NCBI GenBank assembly: GCA_937885575.1 | Contig: CALABO010000014.1 | Coordinates: 20,726-84,725, forward strand | Length of the DNA: 64,000 nucleotides | Direction: 5' to 3' | Source of the DNA: an uncultured Pseudomonadota bacterium | Lineage (GTDB): Bacteria; Pseudomonadota; Alphaproteobacteria; Rs-D84 | Shown here: one piece after another, positions 16,639 through 25,146 of the stretch | How the letters are laid out: every line of letters begins with the position of its first letter | Position numbering within the stretch: position 1 is the first letter of the stretch | Program-made: the position numbers and the translations under genes | The notes under the pieces: model-generated | Told to the model about the DNA's origin: nothing | Database searches by the model: none | What the model saw: the letters and a program-made list of their open reading frames with translations, nothing else

Positions 16639-17202
16639 TTATTTCCCGGTGGCGCGGCGTTTTACCGCAACGGTCTTTTTGGCCGCGGTGGCTTTTTTCG
16701 CCGTCGGTTCTTTGGCCGGGGCTTTTGTTGCTTTTTCGGCCTTTGGCGCCTTGGGTGCTTTTGGCGCATCGGTTGCGATCGCTTCCTCGGCCTTGGCCGC
16801 GGCAACGTCCGGTTTTTGTGCCGGTTTTTTTGCGTTCACATCGCGGTCAACAAATTCGATAATTGCCATCGGTGCGGCATCGCCATAGCGGAAACCGGCC
16901 TTTAACACGCGGGTGTATCCGCCCGGGCGTTTCGCATAGCGTGGCCCAAGCACCGTGAACAATTTTTTCACGGTTGCATCGCACGCGTTGCCCAATTCCG
17001 ACGCGGTCAGGCGACGGTTCGCAACGGTATCAACCTTGGCGCGGGTAACCAATTTTTCCACGACACTGCGCAGATCTTTGGCCTTTGGCAAAGTTGTTTT
17101 GATTTGTTCTTTTTCAATCAGGTTCTTTGCAAGCCCAATAAACAAGGCCTTGCGTGCATTTGTGTCGCGATTAAAAGTGCGACCTGCTTTTTGGTGTCTC
17201 AT
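16639..17202 (-). CDS. rplQ: 50S ribosomal protein L17 with a roughly 60-aa Ala/Lys/Pro-rich C-terminal extension
   Basis: [46 protein letters not shown] is canonical L17. It is followed by [48 protein letters not shown]. Confidence 0.9.
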   Translation of the reverse strand: MRHQKAGRTFNRDTNARKALFIGLAKNLIEKEQIKTTLPKAKDLRSVVEKLVTRAKVDTVANRRLTASELGNACDATVKKLFTVLGPRYAKRPGGYTRVLKAGFRYGDAAPMAIIEFVDRDVNAKKPAQKPDVAAAKAEEAIATDAPKAPKAPKAEKATKAPAKEPTAKKATAAKKTVAVKRRATGK

Positions 17203-17308
17203 CGGTTACTCCTTTATTTTGTTTCCGCCCGGTTCCCCGGGATTGCACCACTTTTCGTGTCCCAAATCAGTGATTCAGCAACACGCGTTTTTTGAATTCC
17301 CAATAATT

Positions 17309-18337
17309 TTATTTATATGGGTCTTCGTATTTCTTGGCCAACTCCGCAATGTTTTCTGGCGGCCAACCCGGGACCTCCATCCCAAGCCCAAGGCCCATCG
17401 CTTCCAATTGGATTTTGATTTCGTTCAATGACTTGCGTCCAAAGTTCGGGGTCTTTAACATATCCGCCTCGGTCTTTTGGACCAATTCGCCAAGCCAGTT
17501 GATTTTGTCGTTTTTCAAACAATTGTTCGCACGCACAGACAATTCCAATTCGTCCACGCGTTTCAACAATTTCGGATCGAACTGCAACGCGTCTTTGGCA
17601 ACTTCTTCTTCGGTCGGTGTCGCGATTTGCGCCGGATCTTCGAAATTGATGAACAAAGTCAATTGGTCGGTCAAGATGCGCGCCGCAAATGCGATTGCGT
17701 CTTCGGGTGTGACACTGCCGTTCGTTTTGACGGTCATTTCCAATTTGTCATAGTCCGTTGATTGCCCAACACGGGTTTCCGAAACCACGGTCGCGACATT
17801 CAAAATTGGTGAAAAGATTGAATCAACCGGAATCACGCCCAGTGGCAACCCATCGGCATGTGCGTTCGCCGGAACATAGCCACGGCCCGTGCCAAGTGTG
17901 ATTTCCATATCTAACCCAGCCCCTTTGTCCAGTGTGCAAAGTTCCGCATCGGGGTTCATAACCTCTATTGCACTTGGGCATTCAATCATGCCTGCCTTGA
18001 CAACCGCCGGACCGGTCACGTGCAGATTAACCTTGTGTTGACCTTCGGAATTTGCCTTGAAATAAACACCTTTTAGGTTCAATAAAATATCCGCGACATC
18101 TTCGTGCACGCCTTGGATACTTGAAAATTCGTGTTGAACACCTTCGATTTTAACATACAGTGGCGCGCAACCTTGGAGTGAAGACAACAGAACACGACGC
18201 AATGCCGTGCCAAGTGTAAGACCAAACCCTTTTTCCAACGGTTCCGCGACCAATTTGGCCATGTTCGGATTATGTTCATCGGTGGTGATATTCAGTTTTT
18301 TCGGCTTTATCAAAGCCATCCAGTTTTTTTCAATCAT
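17309..18337 (-). CDS. rpoA: DNA-directed RNA polymerase subunit alpha
   Basis: 342 aa. N-terminal [11 protein letters not shown].., [17 protein letters not shown], and a C-terminal domain [24 protein letters not shown]. Confidence 0.95.
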   Translation of the reverse strand: MIEKNWMALIKPKKLNITTDEHNPNMAKLVAEPLEKGFGLTLGTALRRVLLSSLQGCAPLYVKIEGVQHEFSSIQGVHEDVADILLNLKGVYFKANSEGQHKVNLHVTGPAVVKAGMIECPSAIEVMNPDAELCTLDKGAGLDMEITLGTGRGYVPANAHADGLPLGVIPVDSIFSPILNVATVVSETRVGQSTDYDKLEMTVKTNGSVTPEDAIAFAARILTDQLTLFINFEDPAQIATPTEEEVAKDALQFDPKLLKRVDELELSVRANNCLKNDKINWLGELVQKTEADMLKTPNFGRKSLNEIKIQLEAMGLGLGMEVPGWPPENIAELAKKYEDPYK

Positions 18338-18459
18338 TTATATTTCCTTTTAGCTTAGTTTATCATTTTCGCCAATCGGCCGCACACAAACCTTTGCATG
18401 CCCGCGCATTGTATAGCGTTTTTTTCGAAAAGTCAAGGAATTTGGTTGATTTTTTACAT

Positions 18460-18485
18460 ATAAAAATGCCCGCGACCGCGGGCAA
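18460..18485 (-). terminator. rho-independent terminator after the 907-aa gene
   Basis: On the minus strand: TGCCCGCG-GT-CGCGGGCA followed by TTTTTAT. Confidence 0.7.
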
Positions 18486-18489
18486 AGAA

Positions 18490-21213
18490 TTACATCTGAA
18501 TTTCGGTTACTTTTTCAATTGGTGCCGCATATTCGCCACACATTACGCCGTCAAATTTTTCTTGGCAATCATCGCACACATATTTTGTTGTTATACCTTC
18601 GTCGTTTTTCTTTTCTTTGACATAGTCCGATTCAGCAAGGTGTGTTATGTCTTGTTCTTTTGCGCACTCGGTTGTTGTGGTTGTAATCGTGCAAGTGCCA
18701 CCACTGTAAAACGCTTGCTTGGTGACAAGGCTTATCATACTACCATACTTGTTTAATACAACAACCTGGCTCGAATTATGCGACATCAATTCAAGTTTTT
18801 TCGCAAGGTCTGCATTATCGATTACATACGATGCACCACCGTTTGCTAAACCACCAACTTCATTGTTATATAATCTTTCAAAAAGATTGCTAATTGGTTC
18901 CACGGTTTCGCAAATTGTTTTATCATCTTCTGTTCTGCATTTTACGGAATCTTTATCGTATCCCATCATGTAGCAAATCATGCGTTTTTCATCATCGCTT
19001 TGGGCCTTTAACGCGTCCGCCACCAGTTCATCATATTTTGCGCGATAATTTTCGGTTGCCTTATCCAATGCAGAATTAAATATCATGCGCACATACGATT
19101 CAATTAAATGTGGAAATCCACCGTTTCCTGTATAGTTGTTACCGCCACGCCATTTATCGCCACGACCTTCGACACATGTTTTTACAGTTGGGTCTGTTTG
19201 TAATACATTTACTTTCTGTTGGGCTTTATTTTCAACATTCAAATAGGCGGATTTTAGACGACCCTGCGTAGATGTTTCGGTAACACCACTTATATACGCA
19301 TCCATTGATGTGTGATGGAATCTTGGTTGTTTCGTGTTACCCGATAGATAATTATCATCAAACGTTAACAACCCAAAATTTATCAATCCATCAATAACTG
19401 TATCACCATTCTCATCTTTATAAGGCATCAGTGAATTCGTGCCGATTACGGTGTCGTCATCAAACGCTTGACATTCAGACAAGCTGCCACAAACCTCGAT
19501 AACCTTTTTTTGCACCGCTTTTTGGCATGCTTCAAGTAAATTATTATCGATGTTCAGGAATATACCCTGGGCAATTTCTTTAAGGTTGTCGTCTGTTTTT
19601 GTTCCATCGTATTCATACGTGCACCCCGTCAATTTTTCCTTCGGGCACATTTCGACGATTGTTTCGGTGTCCAATCCAATACATTGGGTGTAATCTTCGC
19701 CACAGCGGTCTTCGGATTGCAAACACGCCTTAAATTCGTTGGTGCATGAATCGACACGCATTGATTTCAACCGTGCGCGGACATAGTTCATGATTGCCGA
19801 TTCGGCGGCTTCGCATGGGTCGATTTCAACCTTGCACACCGAACGCAATGTGTCCGGCCGCGTAAGGCACATGTCATATGAACCCTCTGGGTCATTGGGG
19901 TCCATTGTGTCGTGGCATGCCTTTTGGAAACAGTTCGAAATATTCGAAATGCACGATGTGCGCAGGTTCGATTCCACAATCAATTCTGCAGATTTTATTT
20001 GCGGTGCGGCCTCTCGCAAAAAGGCGTCCCATACTTGGTCGCGGACATTGACGCATTCTTGGGTCACGGTCATGCACAGTGTCTTTTTCGCATCCAACGT
20101 ATCATACGTTTCGGCGGAAATTTGTATCTTTGATGATGTGCCTTTGATTGTTTTTTGTTTGGCCACTTTTCCTTCGGTTTTCTTTGCCGTGGAATTTGCA
20201 CGCGCCGCTAAATCGACACAGCCCGTAAAATCATCACCGCAACCGCCGGTTGTTTGCATGCATTGTTTGAATTGTACTGTGCATTGCCCAAGGTCGTATT
20301 TGTTCGCGTTGCGGTATTGTTCCAATGCGGCTTCGCGCATGGCGCTTTGTGCGGCGTAAAGTTTTTGTGCGCTTTGTGTGCGGGCCTGGCGTAAACTGTT
20401 TTCATACGCGGTGCAATCGGAACGCACGCGCTGTTTATACATTAAATCCATCAATGTCGATTGCGACTTACATTCGGGAATTTGTGCGTTGCAAAGTTTT
20501 GCCGCCGCGCGATAAAGTGCATCACCGGTTTTGTTGGCAATTGAAACGCCGTCCGATGAGAAATCAAAAATATCTTCGGCATCGGCATCAAAGTCCAGAT
20601 CCAGCGAATTCCACGAACTTAAATCCAATGATTGACGTTTGGATTTCGCCGCATCCGCCGTTACGCGTTTTGTCACCGAATCGGTTTTCGACATAACCGC
20701 ATCGACCGCGTCGCCCATTTCTATGCGTTCAACGCCAACGGTCGCAAGTTGATAACTTTGTTCGTCAAGTTTTTGAATCTCTTCGAGGATTGCATCGTAT
20801 TCGGCATTTTTATCACTGCAAATGCAGCGCCCGCCGTTCGCGTTGTCCAACATACAGAATGAATCCATGCAGCCGCTGAACTTGCCCCAGCACACTTGGT
20901 CAACCGCGGTGTTTCCCGTGGCCGCCGCGACCTTGGTGCCGGTGTTGATTACGCTTTGTTTCGCGGCACGTGCATTTGTTGTCGTTGATGGTTGGACCGT
21001 TGCCGCACGACCGCGTTGCGTTGTGGGTTGTGTTGATAGTTGTTGTGTGGCACTGCGTGGTGTAACGGTACGTGGTGTTGTGGTGGTTGAGGTTTCTTGT
21101 GGTGCAACAGTTGGACGCACAGATCGTGCGGTGGTGGTTGTAGATGGCCGTGTTGCGCCAAATGCGGCGGACGCGCAGGCAAGAATTACCAATGCAAAAG
21201 ATATCCGTTTCAA
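18490..21213 (-). CDS. secreted cysteine-rich protein, paralog family member (907 aa)
   Basis: Signal peptide MKRISFALVILACASAAFG, a Thr/Pro/Arg-rich N-terminal region, and dozens of Cys. Includes the modules QCTVQFKQCMQTTGGCGDDFTGC and SCTNEFKACLQSEDRCGEDYTQC. Confidence 0.85.
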   Translation of the reverse strand: MKRISFALVILACASAAFGATRPSTTTTARSVRPTVAPQETSTTTTPRTVTPRSATQQLSTQPTTQRGRAATVQPSTTTNARAAKQSVINTGTKVAAATGNTAVDQVCWGKFSGCMDSFCMLDNANGGRCICSDKNAEYDAILEEIQKLDEQSYQLATVGVERIEMGDAVDAVMSKTDSVTKRVTADAAKSKRQSLDLSSWNSLDLDFDADAEDIFDFSSDGVSIANKTGDALYRAAAKLCNAQIPECKSQSTLMDLMYKQRVRSDCTAYENSLRQARTQSAQKLYAAQSAMREAALEQYRNANKYDLGQCTVQFKQCMQTTGGCGDDFTGCVDLAARANSTAKKTEGKVAKQKTIKGTSSKIQISAETYDTLDAKKTLCMTVTQECVNVRDQVWDAFLREAAPQIKSAELIVESNLRTSCISNISNCFQKACHDTMDPNDPEGSYDMCLTRPDTLRSVCKVEIDPCEAAESAIMNYVRARLKSMRVDSCTNEFKACLQSEDRCGEDYTQCIGLDTETIVEMCPKEKLTGCTYEYDGTKTDDNLKEIAQGIFLNIDNNLLEACQKAVQKKVIEVCGSLSECQAFDDDTVIGTNSLMPYKDENGDTVIDGLINFGLLTFDDNYLSGNTKQPRFHHTSMDAYISGVTETSTQGRLKSAYLNVENKAQQKVNVLQTDPTVKTCVEGRGDKWRGGNNYTGNGGFPHLIESYVRMIFNSALDKATENYRAKYDELVADALKAQSDDEKRMICYMMGYDKDSVKCRTEDDKTICETVEPISNLFERLYNNEVGGLANGGASYVIDNADLAKKLELMSHNSSQVVVLNKYGSMISLVTKQAFYSGGTCTITTTTTECAKEQDITHLAESDYVKEKKNDEGITTKYVCDDCQEKFDGVMCGEYAAPIEKVTEIQM

Positions 21214-21253
21214 AAGAAACCCCTTCTACTATCCCGTGTATTTTATCATAAAA

Positions 21254-21287
21254 TAGTGGTTAGTGCAAGTGTTAGTGATTAGTGGGG
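21254..21287 (+). repeat. (T/A)AGTG hexamer array
   Basis: tagtggttagtgcaagtgttagtgattagtgggg. Confidence 0.8.
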
Positions 21288-21288
21288 A

Positions 21289-21317
21289 TAAAAAAACGTC
21301 CGCGATTTGCGGACGTT
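21289..21317 (-). terminator. rho-independent terminator after the 818-aa gene
   Basis: On the minus strand: CGTCCGC-aaatc-GCGGACG followed by TTTTTTT. Confidence 0.75.
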
Positions 21318-21335
21318 ATGGGGACACCACATGAT

Positions 21336-23792
21336 TTATTCAAGTCGTATCGAACAATTGTTTATGTCCAGATATTGTTTCGCCTTTTGTGCACTCGGGC
21401 GACATTCTTTTATCCGTGATTGATATTTGCATGCATTTGAAACGCGCATGGATTGCGGAACATATATTACCTTGGCCGAATTACAACTGGATTCGTTGGT
21501 AAATACTTTACATGCATCAATCCATTCGTCACAATCCGATACACGTGACAGTCCCGCATTTGGATCTGGTTCGTCGGAACCCGGCGTTGGTGTCGGTGTC
21601 ACAAGGCATGCACCGTTCGCCTGGGCCACAGACACGTTTGCGATACATGCACTGCCCGACGGAACACACGGATTGCTTATCAATGTCGTGCTGGACAAAT
21701 TGCCCGGACGATAGTTGAACTTTGCATTTGTGCATTCCTTGGCATCCGTAAATAATGCGCATGTCAACGACCAGTTGTCACAGTTCGTCACGACCGCGGT
21801 CGGTGCAATTGTTGACGGCAAGTTCAATGCCCATTTGACATAGAAGTCGCGCAGACGGTCAATCGTGTATGACTTGCCCAATCCAACCTTGGCCAGGCCA
21901 TCTGCCACGCGGCAATTGATGTTGTTCTTTTCAACGAACGCCGTGATTGCGGTCGCGGTTCCACCGGTTGCGGCGCCGATTCCCGCACCAACCAATGTTG
22001 TTTTCAAACGATTGCCTTTTTCGCCCTGTGTTATGATTTCAATTGAATTGAATAACTGGTCGAGTTTTTTCAGTTGTTCACGGAACTCTTCTCTGGTAAG
22101 GCAACCCTCTTTCTTGGTGCAATACACATCTGTGCCATCAGCCCATGATAGATTCAGGTTAACAAATTTGCATTCTTTTACTTCTGTTTTGGTCGAAGTC
22201 GTATTGCCAGAGCAATTCTTAGAACATGCTTCTGGGTTTTCTTTGACCCAATCAATTATCGCTTGTTTAACTTTGTCTTTTGGACAATCGCCAAGTACAT
22301 CAAAAGTACTATTTTGGCCGTTAATGAGCCCGTTGCATAGACAAGGTTTCGCGTTACATGCTAAGTTAACCTTTTCAATAATATGTTTATCTACATCAGC
22401 TTCCAATATATCTTTGCATGAAATATCAATAGTACCAACATTGGTGCACATTTCCTGCGATGTTGTTTCCTTTTTCGTATCACGGCAAGTATCAATCGCT
22501 TCCTTGCCCATTTGCCATAGACCGTACAAATCCATGATTTCACGGCACTGGCCCAGTGTCATGGATTTTGCGGTGGTCGATAAATCTGATGTGATATATT
22601 GATTAACTGCACCGATTTTTTGAGCGTCTTTCAATTCCTTTAACAATTGGTCGCGCATCGATTCGTTCGTGCAGTTGAAATCACGGTCGCCGTGGCCCGC
22701 CAATGCACCGATTCCCGCACCCAGTAATGTTCCGCCGGGAATTGCGGTTGCCGCAACCGTCTTTGTTTTCGGCATAAGCGAGAATCCGAACAAATCTTTG
22801 TTGCATGTGAATGAAGATCCGGTCGCCTGCCATACTTCGGCAAGTGAATCATCGCCCACAATACCGAACAGCCAACTGTTGGTAATTGGCGTATCTTTGT
22901 TATATGCCGCCACGCGCAGCAAGCATTGTGCATTTTCCGCGTCCCAACGTGCATAGTATCCGCGCTTGCCATCAATCCCGGTGTCGTTCACGCGTGCACC
23001 AAGTGGATTTAGTTTGCTAAGTGAATCATTGCGCGCACTGTTGTATGCGCCGACGCGTTGGTCGTATTCAGATGTCACGCTGTCGCCAACCGACACCGCG
23101 TTAAACGCCGCGCCGTATGTGTTGCGGTCCAGTAGCAGACATGTATTTTCCGCCTGGGTCGGGGTAAGGCCCGTTTGGCGCAGAACGAACGCATAGTATT
23201 CTGGTTGGACTTTGCGCGCATTAAAATCAAGCCACACATCGGAATTTGATGCGTAAACATATTGGCAATTGCGACGAACGGTCGTTACACAATGTTCAAC
23301 CTGGGTCAGGCAAAGGCCCATGCCGTTCACGATGGAATTGCGCAGGTCTTCGTTAAACAGCGAATTTATGCCGTTTGGCAACGCGCCACCGTTCACACAG
23401 CCCAAAATGTCGTTCATACAGTTTTCGACAGAATAGGACGAATTTTCAACACCACCGTCGGCACACTGGGTCTGGGGGGTCGGCGGATTTGGTGCCGGTG
23501 GAACCGGGGTATCCGGGTCTGGTTCTGGTTCCGGCGTTGGTGTCGGATTTGGTGTAGGTTTTGGTTGCGGTGTTGGCTTTGGGTCAATATCGTTACTGCT
23601 AACGGTCATATTTCCGCCCGCACTTACCGGCAAAATCGGAATAGACGGCATACGCGCCGCCGCGGTGCCGCGTCCACGATTGGCCGGTGCCGTTCCGCGC
23701 GATGTGTCGGTTGCCGCAAAAGCCGCGGTCGCAATCGCGATAATTGATAAACATGTTACACTTTTTAATGCAGTTTTCAGCACTTTTTGCAT
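21336..23792 (-). CDS. secreted cysteine-rich protein, paralog family member (818 aa), with a Pro/Thr linker and two glycine-zipper segments
   Basis: Signal peptide ..CLSIIAIATAAFA. Linker PKPTPQPKPTPNPTPTPEPEPDP. CMNDILGCVNGG. GAGIGALAGHG and VGAGIGAATGGTATAI. Confidence 0.85.
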   Translation of the reverse strand: MQKVLKTALKSVTCLSIIAIATAAFAATDTSRGTAPANRGRGTAAARMPSIPILPVSAGGNMTVSSNDIDPKPTPQPKPTPNPTPTPEPEPDPDTPVPPAPNPPTPQTQCADGGVENSSYSVENCMNDILGCVNGGALPNGINSLFNEDLRNSIVNGMGLCLTQVEHCVTTVRRNCQYVYASNSDVWLDFNARKVQPEYYAFVLRQTGLTPTQAENTCLLLDRNTYGAAFNAVSVGDSVTSEYDQRVGAYNSARNDSLSKLNPLGARVNDTGIDGKRGYYARWDAENAQCLLRVAAYNKDTPITNSWLFGIVGDDSLAEVWQATGSSFTCNKDLFGFSLMPKTKTVAATAIPGGTLLGAGIGALAGHGDRDFNCTNESMRDQLLKELKDAQKIGAVNQYITSDLSTTAKSMTLGQCREIMDLYGLWQMGKEAIDTCRDTKKETTSQEMCTNVGTIDISCKDILEADVDKHIIEKVNLACNAKPCLCNGLINGQNSTFDVLGDCPKDKVKQAIIDWVKENPEACSKNCSGNTTSTKTEVKECKFVNLNLSWADGTDVYCTKKEGCLTREEFREQLKKLDQLFNSIEIITQGEKGNRLKTTLVGAGIGAATGGTATAITAFVEKNNINCRVADGLAKVGLGKSYTIDRLRDFYVKWALNLPSTIAPTAVVTNCDNWSLTCALFTDAKECTNAKFNYRPGNLSSTTLISNPCVPSGSACIANVSVAQANGACLVTPTPTPGSDEPDPNAGLSRVSDCDEWIDACKVFTNESSCNSAKVIYVPQSMRVSNACKYQSRIKECRPSAQKAKQYLDINNCSIRLE

Positions 23793-23975
23793 GAAAAACC
23801 CTCCTTTCTATCTGTGACATTATACCACAGAAAAGGGTAATAAAAAAGTGTTTTTTGAAAAAATTTTTCCACAAACAAAAGTTTTGTTGACAGAAAGCAA
23901 AATGTGTCTATAATAGTGGTTATCCGTCACCGCTTGTGCGGTGTCGAGACTGCGCCTTGGCTTTGCCCTGGCTTG

Positions 23976-23994
23976 GTGTGAGTGGTTAGTGTAA
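23976..23994 (+). repeat. (T/A)AGTG hexamer array directly upstream of the 23996 GTG start
   Basis: gtgtgagtggttagtgtaa. Confidence 0.6.
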
Positions 23995-23995
23995 C

Positions 23996-25039
23996 GTGAG
24001 CAATGAAAAAAAATCTTTTGTGAATTTTTGGCGCGCGGTTGCGTGGACGGGGATTTATGTGTTTGTTATGTGGGCGATTTTGCGCGGGCTGTTTAATTTC
24101 AATATGTTTTCGATTGCGCATTTAACGAAACTTTTGCATTTGCAATTGCATGGGTTTGCGGGTGCGGTGTTTGGAATCTTGGTTCTGGCGGCGGTGCCAC
24201 TTTATGTTGCGACGACGGTGATTACGGTGCGGAACAAAGAAATGCCGGTTAAATTGCCGTTGCCAAAGTGTTTAACTGAAACGCCGCCGGCGCCAAAGCC
24301 CGAACCGGTTGTGCCGGTTGTGACGGCGACGGAAACTTTGCCGCCACTGCGTGCGGGCGTTCCGGCGGAAATGCGTGAAACATTTATGCGTGCCCAGAAA
24401 AACTATGGCGCGCGGCAAATGTCGGTGTTTAATCGTCAAACTGCATCGGCGGCGGCTACCGCGCCGGCGGCTATGCCCGCGGATACTCCGGTGGACGAAC
24501 CGGTCCGCGAACCAATTACCGAATCGGCCGCCACGGCAAAAACCGAAGATATGGCGGCCTATGGCGGAATGCCGATACCCACGGACTTTGATATAGATGC
24601 GCCGACGGGTGCGGGGTCGGATGTGGATGTGCCGGTCTTTGCCGATATAAATTTTGATGATGATACGCCGGCGCCGGCGGGCGCAACCGTGGATGAAAGT
24701 CCGATTGACAAAGTGCTGAACTTCCTGCGTGGGGCGGGTGTTGAGGCGCAGGTTAATGGTGATTTGATTGTTGCAAATGGATGCGCGATTGCGGTGCACG
24801 ATGACGATGATTTCTGGGTCCCGGATGAAATCGATTGGTTCGCGGCGGGAAAGCAAAAGCCGTCGCCGATTGTTGCGTTGAAAAAGGCGGCGTCTGAACA
24901 GAATTTGAAACCGATTTTGTATCTGTCGACGAACAGCATAATGGATATTGATGAAAAATCCGCAGAATGGATTGCGGACGGGATAAAGGTTGTGAAGAGT
25001 AGGGAAGAGTTAGTGGAAAGTGTTAGTGTAAGTGGGTAG
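23996..25039 (+). CDS. membrane protein (2-3 N-terminal TM helices, Pro-rich linker, unknown C-terminal domain)
   Basis: GTG start per the ORF track. WRAVAWTGIYVFVMWAIL and AVFGILVLAAVPLYVATTVI are TM-like. The last 8 codons (VESVSVSG-stop) are encoded by a TAGTG array. Confidence 0.6.
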   Translation: MSNEKKSFVNFWRAVAWTGIYVFVMWAILRGLFNFNMFSIAHLTKLLHLQLHGFAGAVFGILVLAAVPLYVATTVITVRNKEMPVKLPLPKCLTETPPAPKPEPVVPVVTATETLPPLRAGVPAEMRETFMRAQKNYGARQMSVFNRQTASAAATAPAAMPADTPVDEPVREPITESAATAKTEDMAAYGGMPIPTDFDIDAPTGAGSDVDVPVFADINFDDDTPAPAGATVDESPIDKVLNFLRGAGVEAQVNGDLIVANGCAIAVHDDDDFWVPDEIDWFAAGKQKPSPIVALKKAASEQNLKPILYLSTNSIMDIDEKSAEWIADGIKVVKSREELVESVSVSG

Positions 25040-25049
25040 TGTTAGTGAT
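25007..25049 (+). repeat. (T/A)AGTG hexamer array spanning the stop codon of the 347-aa gene
   Basis: gagttagtggaaagtgttagtgtaagtgggtagtgttagtgat. Confidence 0.8.
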
Positions 25050-25146
25050 ACTATCTATGTTAAAAGTTGAAACATTTTCAAAACAAAAATAATGATGCTA
25101 AGCACCTTTGTTGCCAGAGGCGTTACCGTGACCAGCATTCGCAGGG

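Noticed and set aside
16584-16660. A complete tRNA-Asn gene at the island's right junction
   Set aside because: Only 21 nt separate the best acceptor-like 5' strand from the anticodon loop, so no D arm can form, and 2 of the 7 acceptor pairs mismatch. It is treated as a 3' fragment.
16355-16888. 177-aa + strand ORF with an Ala-rich C-terminus
   Set aside because: It is the antisense shadow of the rplQ Ala/Lys-rich tail and of the island end. No RBS is present and its composition mirrors the opposite strand.
19790-22602. Long antisense ORFs (189 aa and 245 aa) inside the Cys-rich genes, with similar ones at 48325-49014, 37167-38417 and 33293-33862
   Set aside because: They lie entirely within longer, better-supported genes that have signal peptides and paralogs. 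They lack start-site signals and have Arg/His/Cys-rich shadow composition.
24006-24013. An A8 run at codons 4-6 of the 347-aa membrane-protein gene as a slippage or phase switch
   Set aside because: The tract is short, the true start codon is uncertain (GTG), and similar A/T runs are common in this sequence.
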